Shown one piece after another: positions 12,701-26,287 of a stretch of 64,000 bases of DNA. The DNA comes from Tubulanus polymorphus (Eukaryota > Animalia > Nemertea). Under the pieces are notes generated by a model. That model did not search any database, was not told the DNA's origin, and saw only the letters and a list, made by a program, of their open reading frames with translations. Numbering within the stretch: position 1 is the first letter of the stretch; every line of letters starts with the position of its first letter. The stretch lies in the NCBI RefSeq assembly GCF_964204645.1, contig NC_134034.1, positions 4,374,814 through 4,438,813 on the forward strand. The letters are read 5' to 3'. The position numbers and the translations under genes are program-made.

Positions 12701-14193
12701 ATGAAATCGAAAGATGGAAACCTCACGGGATTGTTTTACGATTTACTCGAAATGTACCGCAACGAAATTAACGTCGAATTTAAATACGTTCCATTCGCAC
12801 TAAGTACGGATATTTTGAATCAATTTAAAAGCTATGTGAGTATTACTCTGGCATCATCACATCTAGTTATTCAATTCGCTATCTGACACGAGAACGTGGT
12901 AAGTAAAAGATTTCAATTTTCTTCAGGGAGAAATATCGGCTGGCGGATTTTCCATCGACCTTGGACGGGAGACCAACGACATCGATTTCAGCGACCCGAT
13001 CTACCCGGCGTCACTACATTTAGTATCGAAGCTGCCCGGAGTTGAGAAGAATCGCTGGCAATTTCTGAAACCGTTCGTCAACACTTTATGGGTGGTCGTT
13101 CTGGCGACTACATTCATCATTAGTATATTGCTGTCGTTGTTGACGTTTATAGACTACACAACCGACACGATCTCGTTGGTGGACAGTTTCTACTTCACAG
13201 TGGCTCGACTGAGTAGCGGCAGTTCGGAGACTAATCCTAACGCCATTCCCAGTAGGATCCTCGTCGCCGTTGTAATGTTTTTCGGTCTCGCCCTATCCGC
13301 TGCATATACGGCCAATATGACGGCGTTTCTTCGCCTGAGAGCCGATGCAAAAACGATTACAGATCTGAACGAATTGGTCGAAAGAGGCGAGGGGAATTTC
13401 GGCGTAATTGGTAATTCCGAAGTCCAGAAAATATTGTCGAAAGCTCGGAAATTCCCTGATATTATGGTATGGAACACTATACGCCGAACAGGTAACGTCC
13501 TGCCGGATTTAGAAATCGCCGTTGAAAGGATCGTCAACGACAGTTTCATATTGCTAACCGATACGTTGACGGCGCGATACGCGGTAGCGCAAAGATGTGA
13601 TTTAATCGAGCACGGACTGAAGCAGTTGTACGGATTACGATTCGCGCTCGCTTTGCCAGAGGGCGCTATGGTCAAACGTCCGATCAACGCGATGATTGCT
13701 AGCATAAGGGAAAGCGGCAAGCAGAAAGAAGTGGAAGATAAGTAAGCTTTGGTCACGATCACACGGATACGATTAAACAGACGTGTAAGGCGTCGTACGT
13801 GTCTCAACACGGGGCAGATGTATAGTAGTATTGTAAAACTATGTTCTTGATTACGCAAAAGAAATTAGTTTTGGGACAGTCATCAAAATCTATTTTCCGT
13901 ATCGTAAATGATGTTTCGACTTTGAATTTCGATGTTTGCTCTTTTTTTTCAGGTACACCACGCGTCAGTTTAAATGTGACTATCGCGACGGGTGGTCAAG
14001 CGAAATATCTGAGACTGAACCGCTGACGTTTTTTGAAATGTCTGGTGTATTTTTCACATTGATTATCGGACTAGCCGTTGCGTCATTTGTAGCGCTTGTA
14101 GAACATCTGGTACTCATCTACAGAAGAGCAAAATTGCAGGAAAATGGCGGCGGTGATCAGGGTCACGTATCACCAGGATCTGTACCTCTTTAG
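6743..14193 (+). CDS. Divergent ionotropic glutamate receptor / IR-like subunit (ATD + S1 + M1-M3 + S2 + M4); first exon not located
   Basis: Phase-consistent GT-AG exons: 6743-6913, 8809-9054, 9700-9932, 10061-10114, 11298-11516, 11818-11955, 12458-~12562, 12686-12835, 12927-13741, 13953-14193. Motifs VDGLSGRFNF (ATD), EPPF, IDFSDP, FLKPF...LW, AAYTANMTAFL (SYTANLAAF gate), PLTFFEMSGVF (M4). Confidence 0.9.
6946..7232 (+). mobile_element. tRNA-derived SINE in an iGluR intron
   Basis: A box TGGCTTAGTGG (6955), B box GTTCGAACC (7009), LINE-like 3' tail AGCGCTTTGAGC...AAAGGCGCTATA and (TTA)n. TSD TTATGGAACTGT (6934-6945) / TTATGGAATTGT (7233-7244). Confidence 0.88.
10468..10744. repeat. Inverted pair of tRNA-like (SINE head) sequences
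   Basis: 10468-10525 is the reverse complement of 10683-10744; shared core ATGCAATCAGGTTCGAATCCCTGCC containing a B box. Confidence 0.75.
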
Positions 14194-14796
14194 AAGGTAG
14201 TTTATCTATTAGACAGGAATATCGATTGTATTCTCTGTATACGAGTGTCATGGAATAAGTCTTTGATTAATTGTAACTATGTTCTATGGAACGAACAAAG
14301 AGCTGCAATCTTCCTTTTCATTTTTTAAACATCGTTATAGAGCGTGGAAGATGTATTTCGATCGGAACCGTTCGGTTTACTGCATGCCCGAGGCTGAGGA
14401 CCTGGATGTGCTGACTACATCGCTCAGATGCTGAAACATAGCGGCTTGGTGCAGTAAATGAGTTTCACCCAGTCCCACAGTAGTTGTGAGTTGAGATAAA
14501 GCCAGCGTTTGAAACCAACCGAAATTAAATGTCTGACTCTGGATAAAGATTGAAGGCTTGTAAAGTATTCTACGTCGGAATTCCGTCTGTTCATTGTCAT
14601 GGCATGCAATGGTTCATGGCATGCATACGTGAGCTACCTTCGCTCTGCGACTATAACCACTGAGACAAGGTCGTACATGCACGGGAACAGTGTCGAACTT
14701 GTAGAGCAAAAAATCCTTTATAGATACCATTTCTTAATGAGGTGAACTTTATTTTTCCTAATTTAAGAACATTTATCACTGGGGCTTGTAACCTGA

Positions 14797-14880
14797 ATTT
14801 TATTTCCTTGCTGTCGATAATCTCACTAAAATGGCGCTAAATTTGAACTGCGAATAAACTCAAAATATCACGGAAATAAC
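14797..14880. repeat. Dispersed repeat; inverted copy at 25799-25880
   Basis: GATAATCT...AATGGCGCTAAATTT.AACTGC.AATAAA.TCAAAATATCACGGAAATA matches the reverse complement of 25799-25880. Confidence 0.75.
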
Positions 14881-16211
14881 TTGCAGGTTTCAAGCACCTG
14901 TGCATATATTAATGTTTTTACAGCACAAGACCCAAAGATCTTAAGGAAGCTAGCAGTATTTAGAAAAGGGCACATAGCCTCATCTAGCCATTCTGTGCAC
15001 TGTTGTGACGCGGCGTTCTTCTCATAGTTGGTGTGTGACTACTTTCTCCACCAATGGTGTTGACTGGCTTATTTGGGTTTTCCTCAGCTTTCTCCTCTCT
15101 CAAGTTAATAGAACATAAGTTATAACAAGTCTTCTAATACGACTGCACTGCTTCTTTATTTTATTCTTATTGTTACATTCTTTTTCTTTCTCTTCTTAAC
15201 TCTTTTGTACTCTCCCTGAAGCAACAATCTAAGACTTATATGCTAATATGTACATTTCTCACATTCCTAAACTATTACCTCACCCACTTCTCCAATCTAA
15301 TATAACCCTATTTGGTATGTCCAATCCTTGCTACTTCCATTTTACTCCCTCCTGAACTACGCTAACCATCGATTATTAGTCCTTTTATTTTAAATATTGC
15401 AACTAATGCAGTTCTATCTTTTTCCCACCTTGTAATGTGATCCATTTGCCTCCAGTGTGCGCACCAGCACACATCTAGTGTGCACTATCGCGTGCACACT
15501 GCGCACACTACCTTTTCCCATGCACATAAAACCCTAAAACTGTTGCCTCTTCAGCACACACGTCCTAATTGCGTATATAATAATTATATATAATGATTAT
15601 ATGAAAGAAATAACTGTTACTGTATATTGTAAATATGGCTGGAATAACTGTATTTGTATAGCTGTAAACTGTTTATTTTTTGTATCTGTGCTCCAAAAAA
15701 TGTATAATTTCTGGCGCAATAAATTCAAATCTGAATCTGAGCTAAAGGAAGGACAAGCAAATATGCCCGATGACCCATCGCGGCCTTCACTAGCAAAAGG
15801 CAATATACATAAATTATTGTAAACTTTAAACGAATATGCCAACACCCAGGTAGAATTACTATACGCCTCATTTTAATTAATCTCATCAATCCAAGTACTT
15901 CATTATATTGATAACAGTAAAACGCACTCGTCACTGAAATCCTAATGATTCATATCGTTCATTGTTTATTGTTTACTAGTAATGATATCGGATATGATGA
16001 TTAAATACTTGTCGCTGATTGGTCGCCAATTAAAACCAAGTATATACAGGTTGATTTTAATACCGGTGTTGCATGTATTTACTGTTTAATCGGGGACGAA
16101 CTCGACGAAACTGACGAGACGTATCTTTTGCTGCGCAGGAGAACCCGTTTGTGACGAGAGAATTTCCCGATCAGGAAGCTACACCACGGGCGTCACGGGG
16201 TGCTAATAGAA

Positions 16212-19200
16212 ATGACACGGATTAAACCTATCGGGGCGTTTCTTATCGTCTGTGTAATTGCCGCAGCAACCAAAGCAGTCCATTCTCGTAAGTAATACAA
16301 ACAAAGCAGGGGTGGATTTAGGTTGTGGTAGGAAACCCGAGCCGAGTATCTTTTGTCAAGATATGCAACAGTAACATTATTGGTTGTTTTATGGTTATTT
16401 TGTTTAAGTATCGCTCCAAAAGCTCAGAAATTATCAATTTTTTTAAAGAATTTTCACTGGAGAGAACTAAAACCCATTATAGGCTTTAAGCTTAAATGCG
16501 CCTGCTCTTTGTGTACTATAACGCATACGCAACTAGGCCTAGGATGTTTTGTTGATATCTGGATTTACCCGTGCAATACCAGTTAAGAATTGTTTCCGTT
16601 ATGAAACTATGGTGGCTGGTTGCCGAATTGAAAAAAAGATGAAACTCCAGGCGTGCCCAAGAATTTGTATTTAAAGCACGCAAACGAAACGAATCGATGT
16701 TCGTTTTAGCATGGTCTTTTCGGTAAAAACCGATATTCTATTATAGGAAAGCGTTCCCTCTTAACATGACCCGAAATCCACCAAGATTTGGTTGCTATGT
16801 GGCGTTATAACGGAAAATTGTCATTTCAATATTTAATAGGAATCGACCTTAATGTTATTTATTTGATAGGTCGATTTAGTTGTTTTTTTTCTTTTGGTTC
16901 ATGGTGTCCCTTAAAAAACCACCTCATCTGCCGGGTGCGTGACAGTGGATTCTTTTTTTTTAAACCGGAAATTATCGAAGTACAGAATAGTTCTGTAATC
17001 GGCGGTGACACAAAATTGTTTGTTTGAATCGAAGTACGAGATTGGAAATGTCGGTTCCGATTCTTTCAAACAATCTCCCTTACCAGTTTGAAACGGCAAA
17101 CGACTGACTGGCGTGGCGTTTAAACGGACAAAATGGGTGCGCATTGGTTTAGAAAAATCTAACCTGCTTTTTTCGTGTTTTGAAAAATCCATGAATTTAA
17201 AAGCCCAAATTCGCTATCCGAACCAGCTTCCGTATACCTAGTTGAAGAGTATTTTCAAATTTCTTTTTCAGAGGATCGAAACGCTACGTCATGCTTTCCG
17301 GGACGCACGACTTGCTCAGACAATACCTGTTCTACGGAACATGATTTCAACGGCTGCCATTGCGACAAGTATTGTACACTGTTCGGCGACTGCTGTTTGA
17401 CCTACGCCGACCTAACGAACACCTCCTGCGCGCCGAGCAACCACTCCGACGACTTTCTCAAACGCTACAACGCGGTTCGCGACCAAATCGGCTGCGTGGA
17501 TGTGCCACTACCGTCTTTTTCATTAGGTATGGTCAATTCCTGCCCATTGTCATCGATCGAAAGGAGCGATATATCTAATTATTATTGTAACTCAGATTAT
17601 ATTCGTTACACATTACCGTACCAAATAATCCCGGTCGCTGATCGTTTTGGAATCGTATACAAAAACGCCTACTGCGCCATCTGTAACGGAGTTCGATTCG
17701 GCGAGTTGTCATTCGCGCAATTGAACACGAGCTTGTGTCCGAATGGACTGGGCGATATGGCCGACGGATTCGCCGAGATCAGAGGTCATTTGGATCCGAC
17801 GTGCGAAGAAATCACAGCTAAATTCCCTTATCGCTGGGACCCGAACGTCACGGCATTAGTTAGAGTATGCACGGATAGGGCGGTCGGTTGCCCCGTCAAG
17901 TCCGAGGCAGTCGTTTCGCGATCTACGGCGCTTTGTAACGAATATTTCGATACCGTACTGCATTTCGACTACACGACCGGGTATCAGACTCTGCGAAATG
18001 TACATTGTAACGAATGCTTGTACAACCGAACAGAATTACTGAACGAAAGCGGCACGTCTCTCGTCTGCACGGGGGCCTTTCCGGACGCCAACCTGGATAC
18101 AGTCTATTTCAAAACCGAATACACCGCCCATAAACCTCATTTCCATCGGCGATTCAACCGAACTGCGCCGTCCGTCGAAAAAAACGTCACCGCCGCACTG
18201 CTTTGCGGTTACGGTCACGTGATGTACACCGGCTCGTGCACGGCGGATCCGTTTTGCGACGACTGTCACCCTAGCAACGACAACAATAAGAAACCTATCG
18301 TTTCGGTGGAATTCGATGTGTACTACGACGCCGCTTACTCGACCATGACGATTATCAGCGAAGATTTAAAATCCACCGAGACGCATGCTGAATTGCACAT
18401 TCCTCTATTCCTCGAATGGTTGGGTTTATCCGGCGATGATCGACAGCCTTATGAAAATGTTTCTCTTGCTGTTAAGACCCCCGAATATTACGACTATACC
18501 ACGTACTTCTACCCCGATAACGGCCACAGCATACATGAGAAGGGGGACGGTTGGGAATCGATTTACTATCTAAACGTTACAATGGCGACAGAATTGGCGG
18601 CTTTTGACGTGTTGAAAACTTTCGTGTTGTCTCTCAGACAGATTACACGTTTCGGGGAGTTCCACGCGATCGCCATGAATTTCGACCTGTCTCTGATCGG
18701 CGGCGCCGATTTAACGTGTGACCTTGGCCGCAAAATGGAGATGAACGTAACAGACGATTTTTTGGAAAGAGTCTCGTCAATGACCGGGGGTGCAGGGCAT
18801 AATCGATGGTCGTCGATTCGTCTAATCGGCAACGTCACTGATCATATAATCAGCCTCCGTTTCTGTGACCCAATCGAAGCACGTTTCGGGGCGTGCTCGA
18901 TCAACACAGCCCCCCTAGCGGACGTTCAATTTAATACGGATGAAACCATTAGTTTAAAAAGCGACAAAGATGTAAAATACCCAACTTACTACGTAGATTC
19001 AACCAGCAATGAGGTTCATATTTGCGCTTCGGAAGCTGTTTCTACTCGTCAGAGAGAAACGCATTTTCAGAGGATTCTCACTATTCCAATATCCCTCGCG
19101 TTGCTTTTGGTCACCCTGATAATTTATACGGCGCATGCACAACTCCGTGCCGATGGCCTATCCCTATTCATTATAAACATAGCTATCGCTCTATTGGCGG

Positions 19201-19850
19201 CTCAGGGTTTGCTTCTCATGTCTTATTTCGCCCCTGAATGGGGAAATGTAGCCTGCATCGCCATTTCTATCTTTCATCATTGCGCCTGGTTGGTTGTCTT
19301 CTTCTGGGTCAATTCTCTCGGTATCTACGCGACTAAACTATTCACTCGTGGCACCATCTTTATTTTCTACGCGTACGGTGTACCCGTAGTCATAACGGGC
19401 GCATGCACCGTGCTGTATTTTAGAACATACCCCGCGTTTTACGGTACGGATCATAAAACGTGTTGGATCAGCGACCGCAACGCCTATCTATTCGCGCTAA
19501 TAGCGCCACTAGCGGCAACCGTAATCATTAATTTCGTTTGCTTTGTGGCCATCTTGAAAAACATCCTCACAGCTACCTCTCTGGACGATGATTGCGAGAA
19601 ATCATCCACCAAGAAGCGCTGCAGTAATTTCGAATTCATATCGGTCGTCTGCTTAACGGTTTTGATATCTGCTATCTGGATTTCTGATTCGATTGATCGA
19701 TACTTATTCAATGACGTCATCACGCAGTATCTATTTCTGGGTTTTAACGCGGCCTCCGATATTTTCGTATTCATCTTTTTCGTATTCAGACCACGAGCTT
19801 TGAAACTAATTCTATCGAGTAACTGGTGCGTTAGCAAAACACCTGAATAA
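16212..19850 (+). CDS. Somatomedin-B-domain secretin/adhesion-class (Methuselah-like) GPCR, ~884 aa
   Basis: Exon 1 16212-16287 encodes signal peptide MTRIKPIGAFLIVCVIAAATKA and splices in phase to exon 2 17272-19850. SMB motif CHCDKYCTLFGDCC, Cys-rich YKNAYCAICNG and LRNVHCNEC, and 7TM_2 motifs (CIAISIFHHCAWLVVFFW, YAYGVP, TCWI). Confidence 0.9.
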
Positions 19851-21285
19851 TTGCGCATTCCATTTGAGGCTTTTGTTAATCCGTCAAAATTTAATAATTA
19901 GATGCACACAGAAATTATACACCGCATTAACTGCGCAATGACCGCATAATGGTGTTTGCTTTGAAGCTACTTTAGAATTGCACATGTTCTTCGGAAATAT
20001 GTCAATGCTCGTTTTCATATCATCAATATCTTAATACGAAACTATGTACCTAATAGTGTCGCCGTGGAAATGAATTGGGCCTTGAAATTGTGTGTGGTAG
20101 TCAATCATCGTATGATGTGGTAGTTGATCATTGTAGCAAAGGCTATGAACGGGTGTTACTTATTTTTTTGGAGGGTCAAACAGGGGCTGACTAAATTTCA
20201 GCCAATCAGTAAGCAGAAATTCGAATTAAAGACTTTCACTGCATCACAACAATTTTAAAGCGCATGCCTGTTATGCAGTCGCAATGACCCATTTGGTAAA
20301 GCGCAAGACTTATACCTGGCGGGTTAGGAGTTCGAGTGGCGCGTAGCTCCGTATATATTTTGTTAATCTCCGATAGTTCCCGATCGGCACGGTTACAGGC
20401 CATCAAAGCTCATATGGTCTCCAAGACTGAATTCAATTGCCAATAAATTGAACAGTTTGAAATTCTGGGCCAAAGAAAATCACCCCTGGTTTCCACTACT
20501 CTAGTATATCATATAAATTTCACTTTTGCACCAGGACATATATATTAACTTCTCATTTTCTCTAGTTTTTGCATTTTTCTCTTACAGTGACAATTGGACT
20601 TTCTTAGTCGTAGACGAATAAAAACGGCGATCAATTTTCCCGGTTAATACAATGAGCACATTTGACTTTTTTTCTCTATAGAGCTATTTGTTGTCTATTT
20701 CAGTGTTTCAAAAATAAACGTATGAAAATGGTAAAGGGTTATTTGTTGTTTTGTGCTCGCTGTTGGGTTTTGATCACATGGAACCTTCATGAACTTTAGG
20801 TCGTATATTCGCCAGGGGCAAGAATAGAAAATTCGAGCCTCATACATGTACATAAGACTTTTTATGAAATGATTTTTTTAAGTCATGTATTGCGCAGGGT
20901 CCGATCTAAGCATTGTCCGATTGCCTAGGACAAGTATATTATCATCAGGGCGAGTAGGTTATCATTATCACATGTGCCACGGGTTAGTGCAATTTTGTGT
21001 CGCAAAGTTTTTTTTTTTCAATTCGATACAATTGGACGTAAAAGATGTCCCTCAATCGAGATTTTATACTTAATACCAAATAGGTATTTTATGTTTTAGC
21101 TTCATGACGTGGAAATTGGTTCATCTAGTAAAGCAATATGAAATGTATCTCTTCAGTCTCTAATCGTCGGTGATAATTTCAAAGTTTACTATTAGATATC
21201 GTTGGTAAAAGGCTATTCGTTCAATTAGGTTTGTCACCTCACTTGAAACAGGAGTGAATCCGATGAATGTCAGAGTCAAATAATC

Positions 21286-21852
21286 GGGGTCGTGTTATTA
21301 CTCCGAATTCCAATTACTCCGGTGTCCCAATACTCCGTAGTCACATTTTTCCGAAGACCCGTTACTCCGGAAATCTATTAGATAGAATTTAGTAAAAGCT
21401 GGTCCCATTACTCCGAAATAGCATTGCTCCAAGGTTCAAATACTCCGAACTATTTATTTTTGAGGATTAACTAAGCAGGACTGAAAGCTAGGCCTAATTT
21501 TTAAAGAAAAACTTACAAAAAATGATTAATTTAAAGTGCTGAAATAACATCTCTGAAAATGTTGTATTGATTTTTACAATAACATAATGCAGAGGGTAGA
21601 CCTATGATAATGATACAGGGTGCGACGACTTAACAGTAATTCTCCGTTTTGGAAATTCCGTGGCCAGGCGAGCTGTTCCAAAACGGTTTGCTAACGCCTA
21701 AACCACTCCCCATCTGAAACCCTTCAAATGAGGTTCATCAGTGTCGTCATTGAGATAATGTGCTCCATTTAAACGCGATTTCGGAATGGTATCGGCACTT
21801 CGTAGTTATGGGACTTCGGAGTATTTGGACTTCGGAGAAATGAGTATGCCCC
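21286..21852. mobile_element. Merlin-like MITE with subterminal TACTCCGAA repeats
   Basis: GGGG...CCCC termini, repeats TACTCCG(AA) on the left and TTCGGAG on the right, 8-bp TSD AAATAATC / AAATAAAC (7 of 8). Confidence 0.7.
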
Positions 21853-22859
21853 AAATAAACACCACGTTTGCGTTATACATATAGATTTGATCAAATTGGT
21901 TGAATCTTCACCGCGCACGTATTTACCTTATTCAGTAATAATCATGTCGTAATGTACATGTTTAGAAAAATTAGATTATTTAAAGTGTATGATAACGGAA
22001 TTATACTGTTACTGATATCGTTGTTTGCCAGTCATGTATGCAAGCGTGATTAGGAACATACGTTCTTCAGAATTATTTCACTGGCTTTCTGGCGAACCGT
22101 TCGTACACGTCGACTAAGCGTAACATCCTATCGAAAAAACTTTCGTTTCATTTGTATTAATTTGATATGCATCAGACAGCTGATTTCTCAGGCTAATTAA
22201 TTACTTAATATGAACGCAATTGGCGAACCGTCGAATATCCAGGGTTTATATCTAACGAATATGGGGAATCAATTAGATCGGTACAATGTAGACCCTCTTT
22301 TGGGACTATATATGTAGTACGTACGCTGAATCTCCCGATGTTTAACCCCCTCTTGTTCTTTTATGCAGTCATGGCGCTCTCCAGGTTCGAATCTCAGCCG
22401 AATGATCAAGCAGCTGATACTTCAGGAGGATCAAGTTAACGGTTAACGAACGACCAAACACAAGCAAAAGCTAATGCGAATAGTATCGGTACATCGATTA
22501 ATGACTAGATCTTTTTGATGATTTATTTTGGCTCATCATCTCACATAAGTCTGGGATCGACACATATCGCTAGTATTTTACAACCCATTTGGCTGGGGAA
22601 AATAAAACGCTTACGTGAATCTGAGTCATATGAACAATGGTTATAAGAGATTGTTCTATTGTTCTAATTCAGGCAATTCAGTAGTGTAAGGATCTTTATA
22701 TAGCTGCGCCGAGTTGAGGACCATGGAAAAGGTGATCTTAACGAGTATCTGAGACTACTAGTCTATTCGATCGGCGACTTGAGGAGCATGTTAACCCGAG
22801 TTGACTGTTACTGAGTATAGATGATGACATGGTATGATTCATTTTCTCCAGAAAATGCA

Positions 22860-24720
22860 GAGATAAATTACCTGATGTTTTTCATTTAAATGATACCAAA
22901 ATATCCGGAAAACAAAATATAGCTGATGAATTCAAGCAAGTTCAATACCAAATTCAAAAACTCACTTCAGTGTTTATTTCGAGGATCCTGCTCGTGAAAA
23001 TGTTTTCTTCTTTCCGACAGATCCTAATGAAATATGTGAAATAGTCAAATCATTTTCTTGTAAAAAGGTATCGGTGTTGACGGTATCTCTATAAAGGTTA
23101 TAAAAGACGTAATTGATATTTTTTAACATCTTTTACTGCAGTCTCCAAACTGGAATCATTCCTGAGGAACTAAAAACAGCTCGAGTGTGCCCCATTTTAA
23201 GACAGGTAACACGGCGTCGTTCGATAATTATCGACCAGTCTCGGTATTACCATGCTTTTCAAAAATTCTTGAAAAATTGTTTATAATCGCCTGGTTTCAT
23301 TTTGTGATAAATTCTCATAAATCGAAATCAATTTGGATTTAGAAGAAAGCACTCAACAACTTTAGCTTTAGTAAAGATTACTGACGAAATTACAGCTAAT
23401 ATGGATGTTAACCGTCCAACTATTGCTATATTTTTAGATTTGTCGAAGGCATTTGATACGGTTAATCACGATATTCTTTTAGAAAAATTATGTCATTACG
23501 GAATCAAAGGTGTCCCACTAAATTGGTTCAGGAATTATTTAAGTAACAGGACCCAAATTGTTCAATTAGATCATATAAATTCAAAACCTCTGCGTATACA
23601 TTCTGGAGTCCCTCAAGGATCAATGTTAGGACCACTTTTATTTCTATTATACATTAATGACTGCACTAAAGCCTCCAACATTTTGAAATTCATTTTGTTC
23701 GCAGATGATACGAACTGTTTCCTTAGTGATTGGAACATCACAGAATTATGTAAAACTTTTAACTCAGAACTATCAAAACTGGCTGATTGGTTTCGTGCCA
23801 ATAAATTGTCACTGAATGTAAAAAAAACCTTTTTATGGTATTTAGTAAAGTCAATTAATATGCCAATATTAGATTATACATCGATGGTAAAAGAATTAAT
23901 CAGGTCCATGTTACAAATTTTTTGGGAGTTTTAATTGATGACAAGTTAACTTGGAAAGACCATATTAAATCGGTTAGTAAAATAGTTGCCTGTAGTATAG
24001 GCATTTTAAATAGAATAATAAATAAACTACCATCTAAATCCTTAGTGACTCCATACTTTTCTATGATTGACCCTTATCTCCAATATTGCAATATGATTTG
24101 GGGTACAAATTCTGGAACTATTTTGAACCCACTTGTACTATTACAGAAGAGGGCTGTAAGATTAATTTCTCATTCAAATTACCTAGCACATACAGATCCC
24201 ATATTCAAACGTTTAAAAATCTTGAAACTCCGCGATATTAATGACTTACAATTAGCTGTTTTCGTTTATAAATTTGCCAAATTTTCCTTACTGCCTGCAT
24301 CTTTCAACGGTTATTGGAGATCAAAATTCCAAATACACCGACGTAATACTAGGAAAAAGTTCGATTTAGAAATTGATAGATTCAAAACCCTAAAACGAAA
24401 ATTTTCGGTCAAATTGTCTGCACCAATCCTCTGGAATAAGCTACCAAATTCGCTTAAAGAAAAACCTAGTATTAATTCATTCCGTCTTAGCTATAAAAAA
24501 CTGAAGTTTTCCTTATAAAGCTATTTTGTGAGCTGTTCAGATGCTCCAATTATTCCTAATTCATATATTTCTGTGTGGTGTGTTATTATGAACATGTGAT
24601 CGAGTGTGTGAGGGGTGTGTGTGTTTCCGCGTGCATGCGTACGTCTGAGTGTGGTATGAATGTAAGGGGGCCTTGCATACATAAGCATTCTTTTGCTTCT
24701 CCAAGACCCTGCCCTTTTAT
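22860..24720 (+). mobile_element. 5'-truncated LINE (CR1/L2 group, Crack-like), reverse transcriptase with frameshifts
   Basis: NYRPVSVLPCFSKILEK, FLDLSKAFDTVNH, GVPQGSMLGPLLFLLYIND, FADDT, LQKRAVRLI; ORF pieces 23401-23934 and 23922-24518. Confidence 0.93.
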
Positions 24721-25164
24721 TACAACATGAATATCACGTATAGACTAGACCTTAACACTAGTCTATGTGCCCATGATGACACTTATATATAACAGTACCC
24801 TTGTATTCTTTTATATAACTTTATAATCGTGTTGTAATTCGAGGGAAAATAAAAGTTATTATCAAATGAAATGTTTTTCATAAATAACATAAATATATAA
24901 AAATATAGCTGCCAAGCAGCGATAACGGGGTTTCTGTACAGCTTGTTCGTATTTTTGATCGTGTCTGGATACTGTGTCGACCACGATCGCGTGCTAGCGA
25001 AACCGCACCATGCTATTGCAAATGAAGGGAATTTTGAATCATCTTCGACGATCAAGATGGGTTTATAAAAGGAAGGTCTAGAAATAGTCAATTAGGCCTA
25101 CTTGAAACCATGGATGAAAGGACCATATGGCCTTATTTGACACTGGCAAATCGAAATTTTAGGC

Positions 25165-25440
25165 CTTAATAGTCTTTATGGGATTCGACAAAGCATTTGA
25201 TAAGGTTCAACATCAGTGATTACTAAACAAGCTATAGAAACGGCGTCAATAATGGGTCGCTTAAATTGACTGAGCAGTTTTCTACGAACGGAAAACAGGT
25301 TGCCAAAATCAACGGAATTGTCTAATCTTGGAAATAAGTAGGCCTAACTATAGGAGTCGTGATGAATGATTTACAGAGTAATCCAAAATGTACAGGACCA
25401 AGTAAATTTTTAATATGATCTAAACAAGCTGTGGAAACTA
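25165..25440 (+). mobile_element. Degraded CR1-like LINE RT fragment
   Basis: Translates VFMGFDKAFDKVQHQ*LLNKL. Confidence 0.6.
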
Positions 25441-26287
25441 TGATACGAAAAATATTTGAGAATAACTTACATTCAAATGCATCTTTTGTCTATGAATTAT
25501 ATATTTGATCATAATTTATTCTTTATAAGTTATTAATTTCATATGAATCATAATCTGACAATTGATATCGGTCTGTGAATATGTTCACTTCGTGTTGAAG
25601 TCTTAAATGTGAATACATCATCAGAATGGCATGTGACTGTCCCAACTTTCTGGCTGAAAATTTAAGTACAGCGGAGGCCTGGCGTTTCATCCCTTGTGAT
25701 TTTATTTAGTAAAGCGTCACGACCGCCTGATAATGATCCTTCACGACCAATTGTTTATCGGAACTTTATAGCGGATAAATAAACAATATTAACACTAGGT
25801 ATTTCCGTGATATTTTGAATTTATTTGCAGTTAAAATTTAGCGCCATTCTCCCAAGATTATCAACAACCCAAAAATAAATGTAAATGCGGACATATCACT
25901 ACGCGATTGCTTAACCCCGTCTTATCTACCAGATAACTTACGAGAAAAATGCGATAGACTATTTTTTCGGACCATTAAACCAATAAATCTGGCGACGCTA
26001 TATATGTTGTGGGGAATGATTGAACCATTATTTTGAGTCATTTCCAACTGTTTCTAATGTTTTACGCGAATGGAGTGACAATTTGACCAGACCATTTCGG
26101 CCACAGCGTTAAGGTAAGAAAGCCTTTGCACTTTTAACAAAAACTGTGTGGAAAAGGGAAAAAAATAATTATCACGAAAATTATAATAGGGTTTTCTGTG
26201 AACAAACAGAAAACCCTAAAAATGGTTAAACTCGTTGGCGATGTTTGTATCACCAGGAAAAAATACGTTGACCATAAGTAAACTTCA

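Noticed and set aside
13190-13858. 222-aa antisense ORF
   Set aside because: Shadow of the large iGluR exon.
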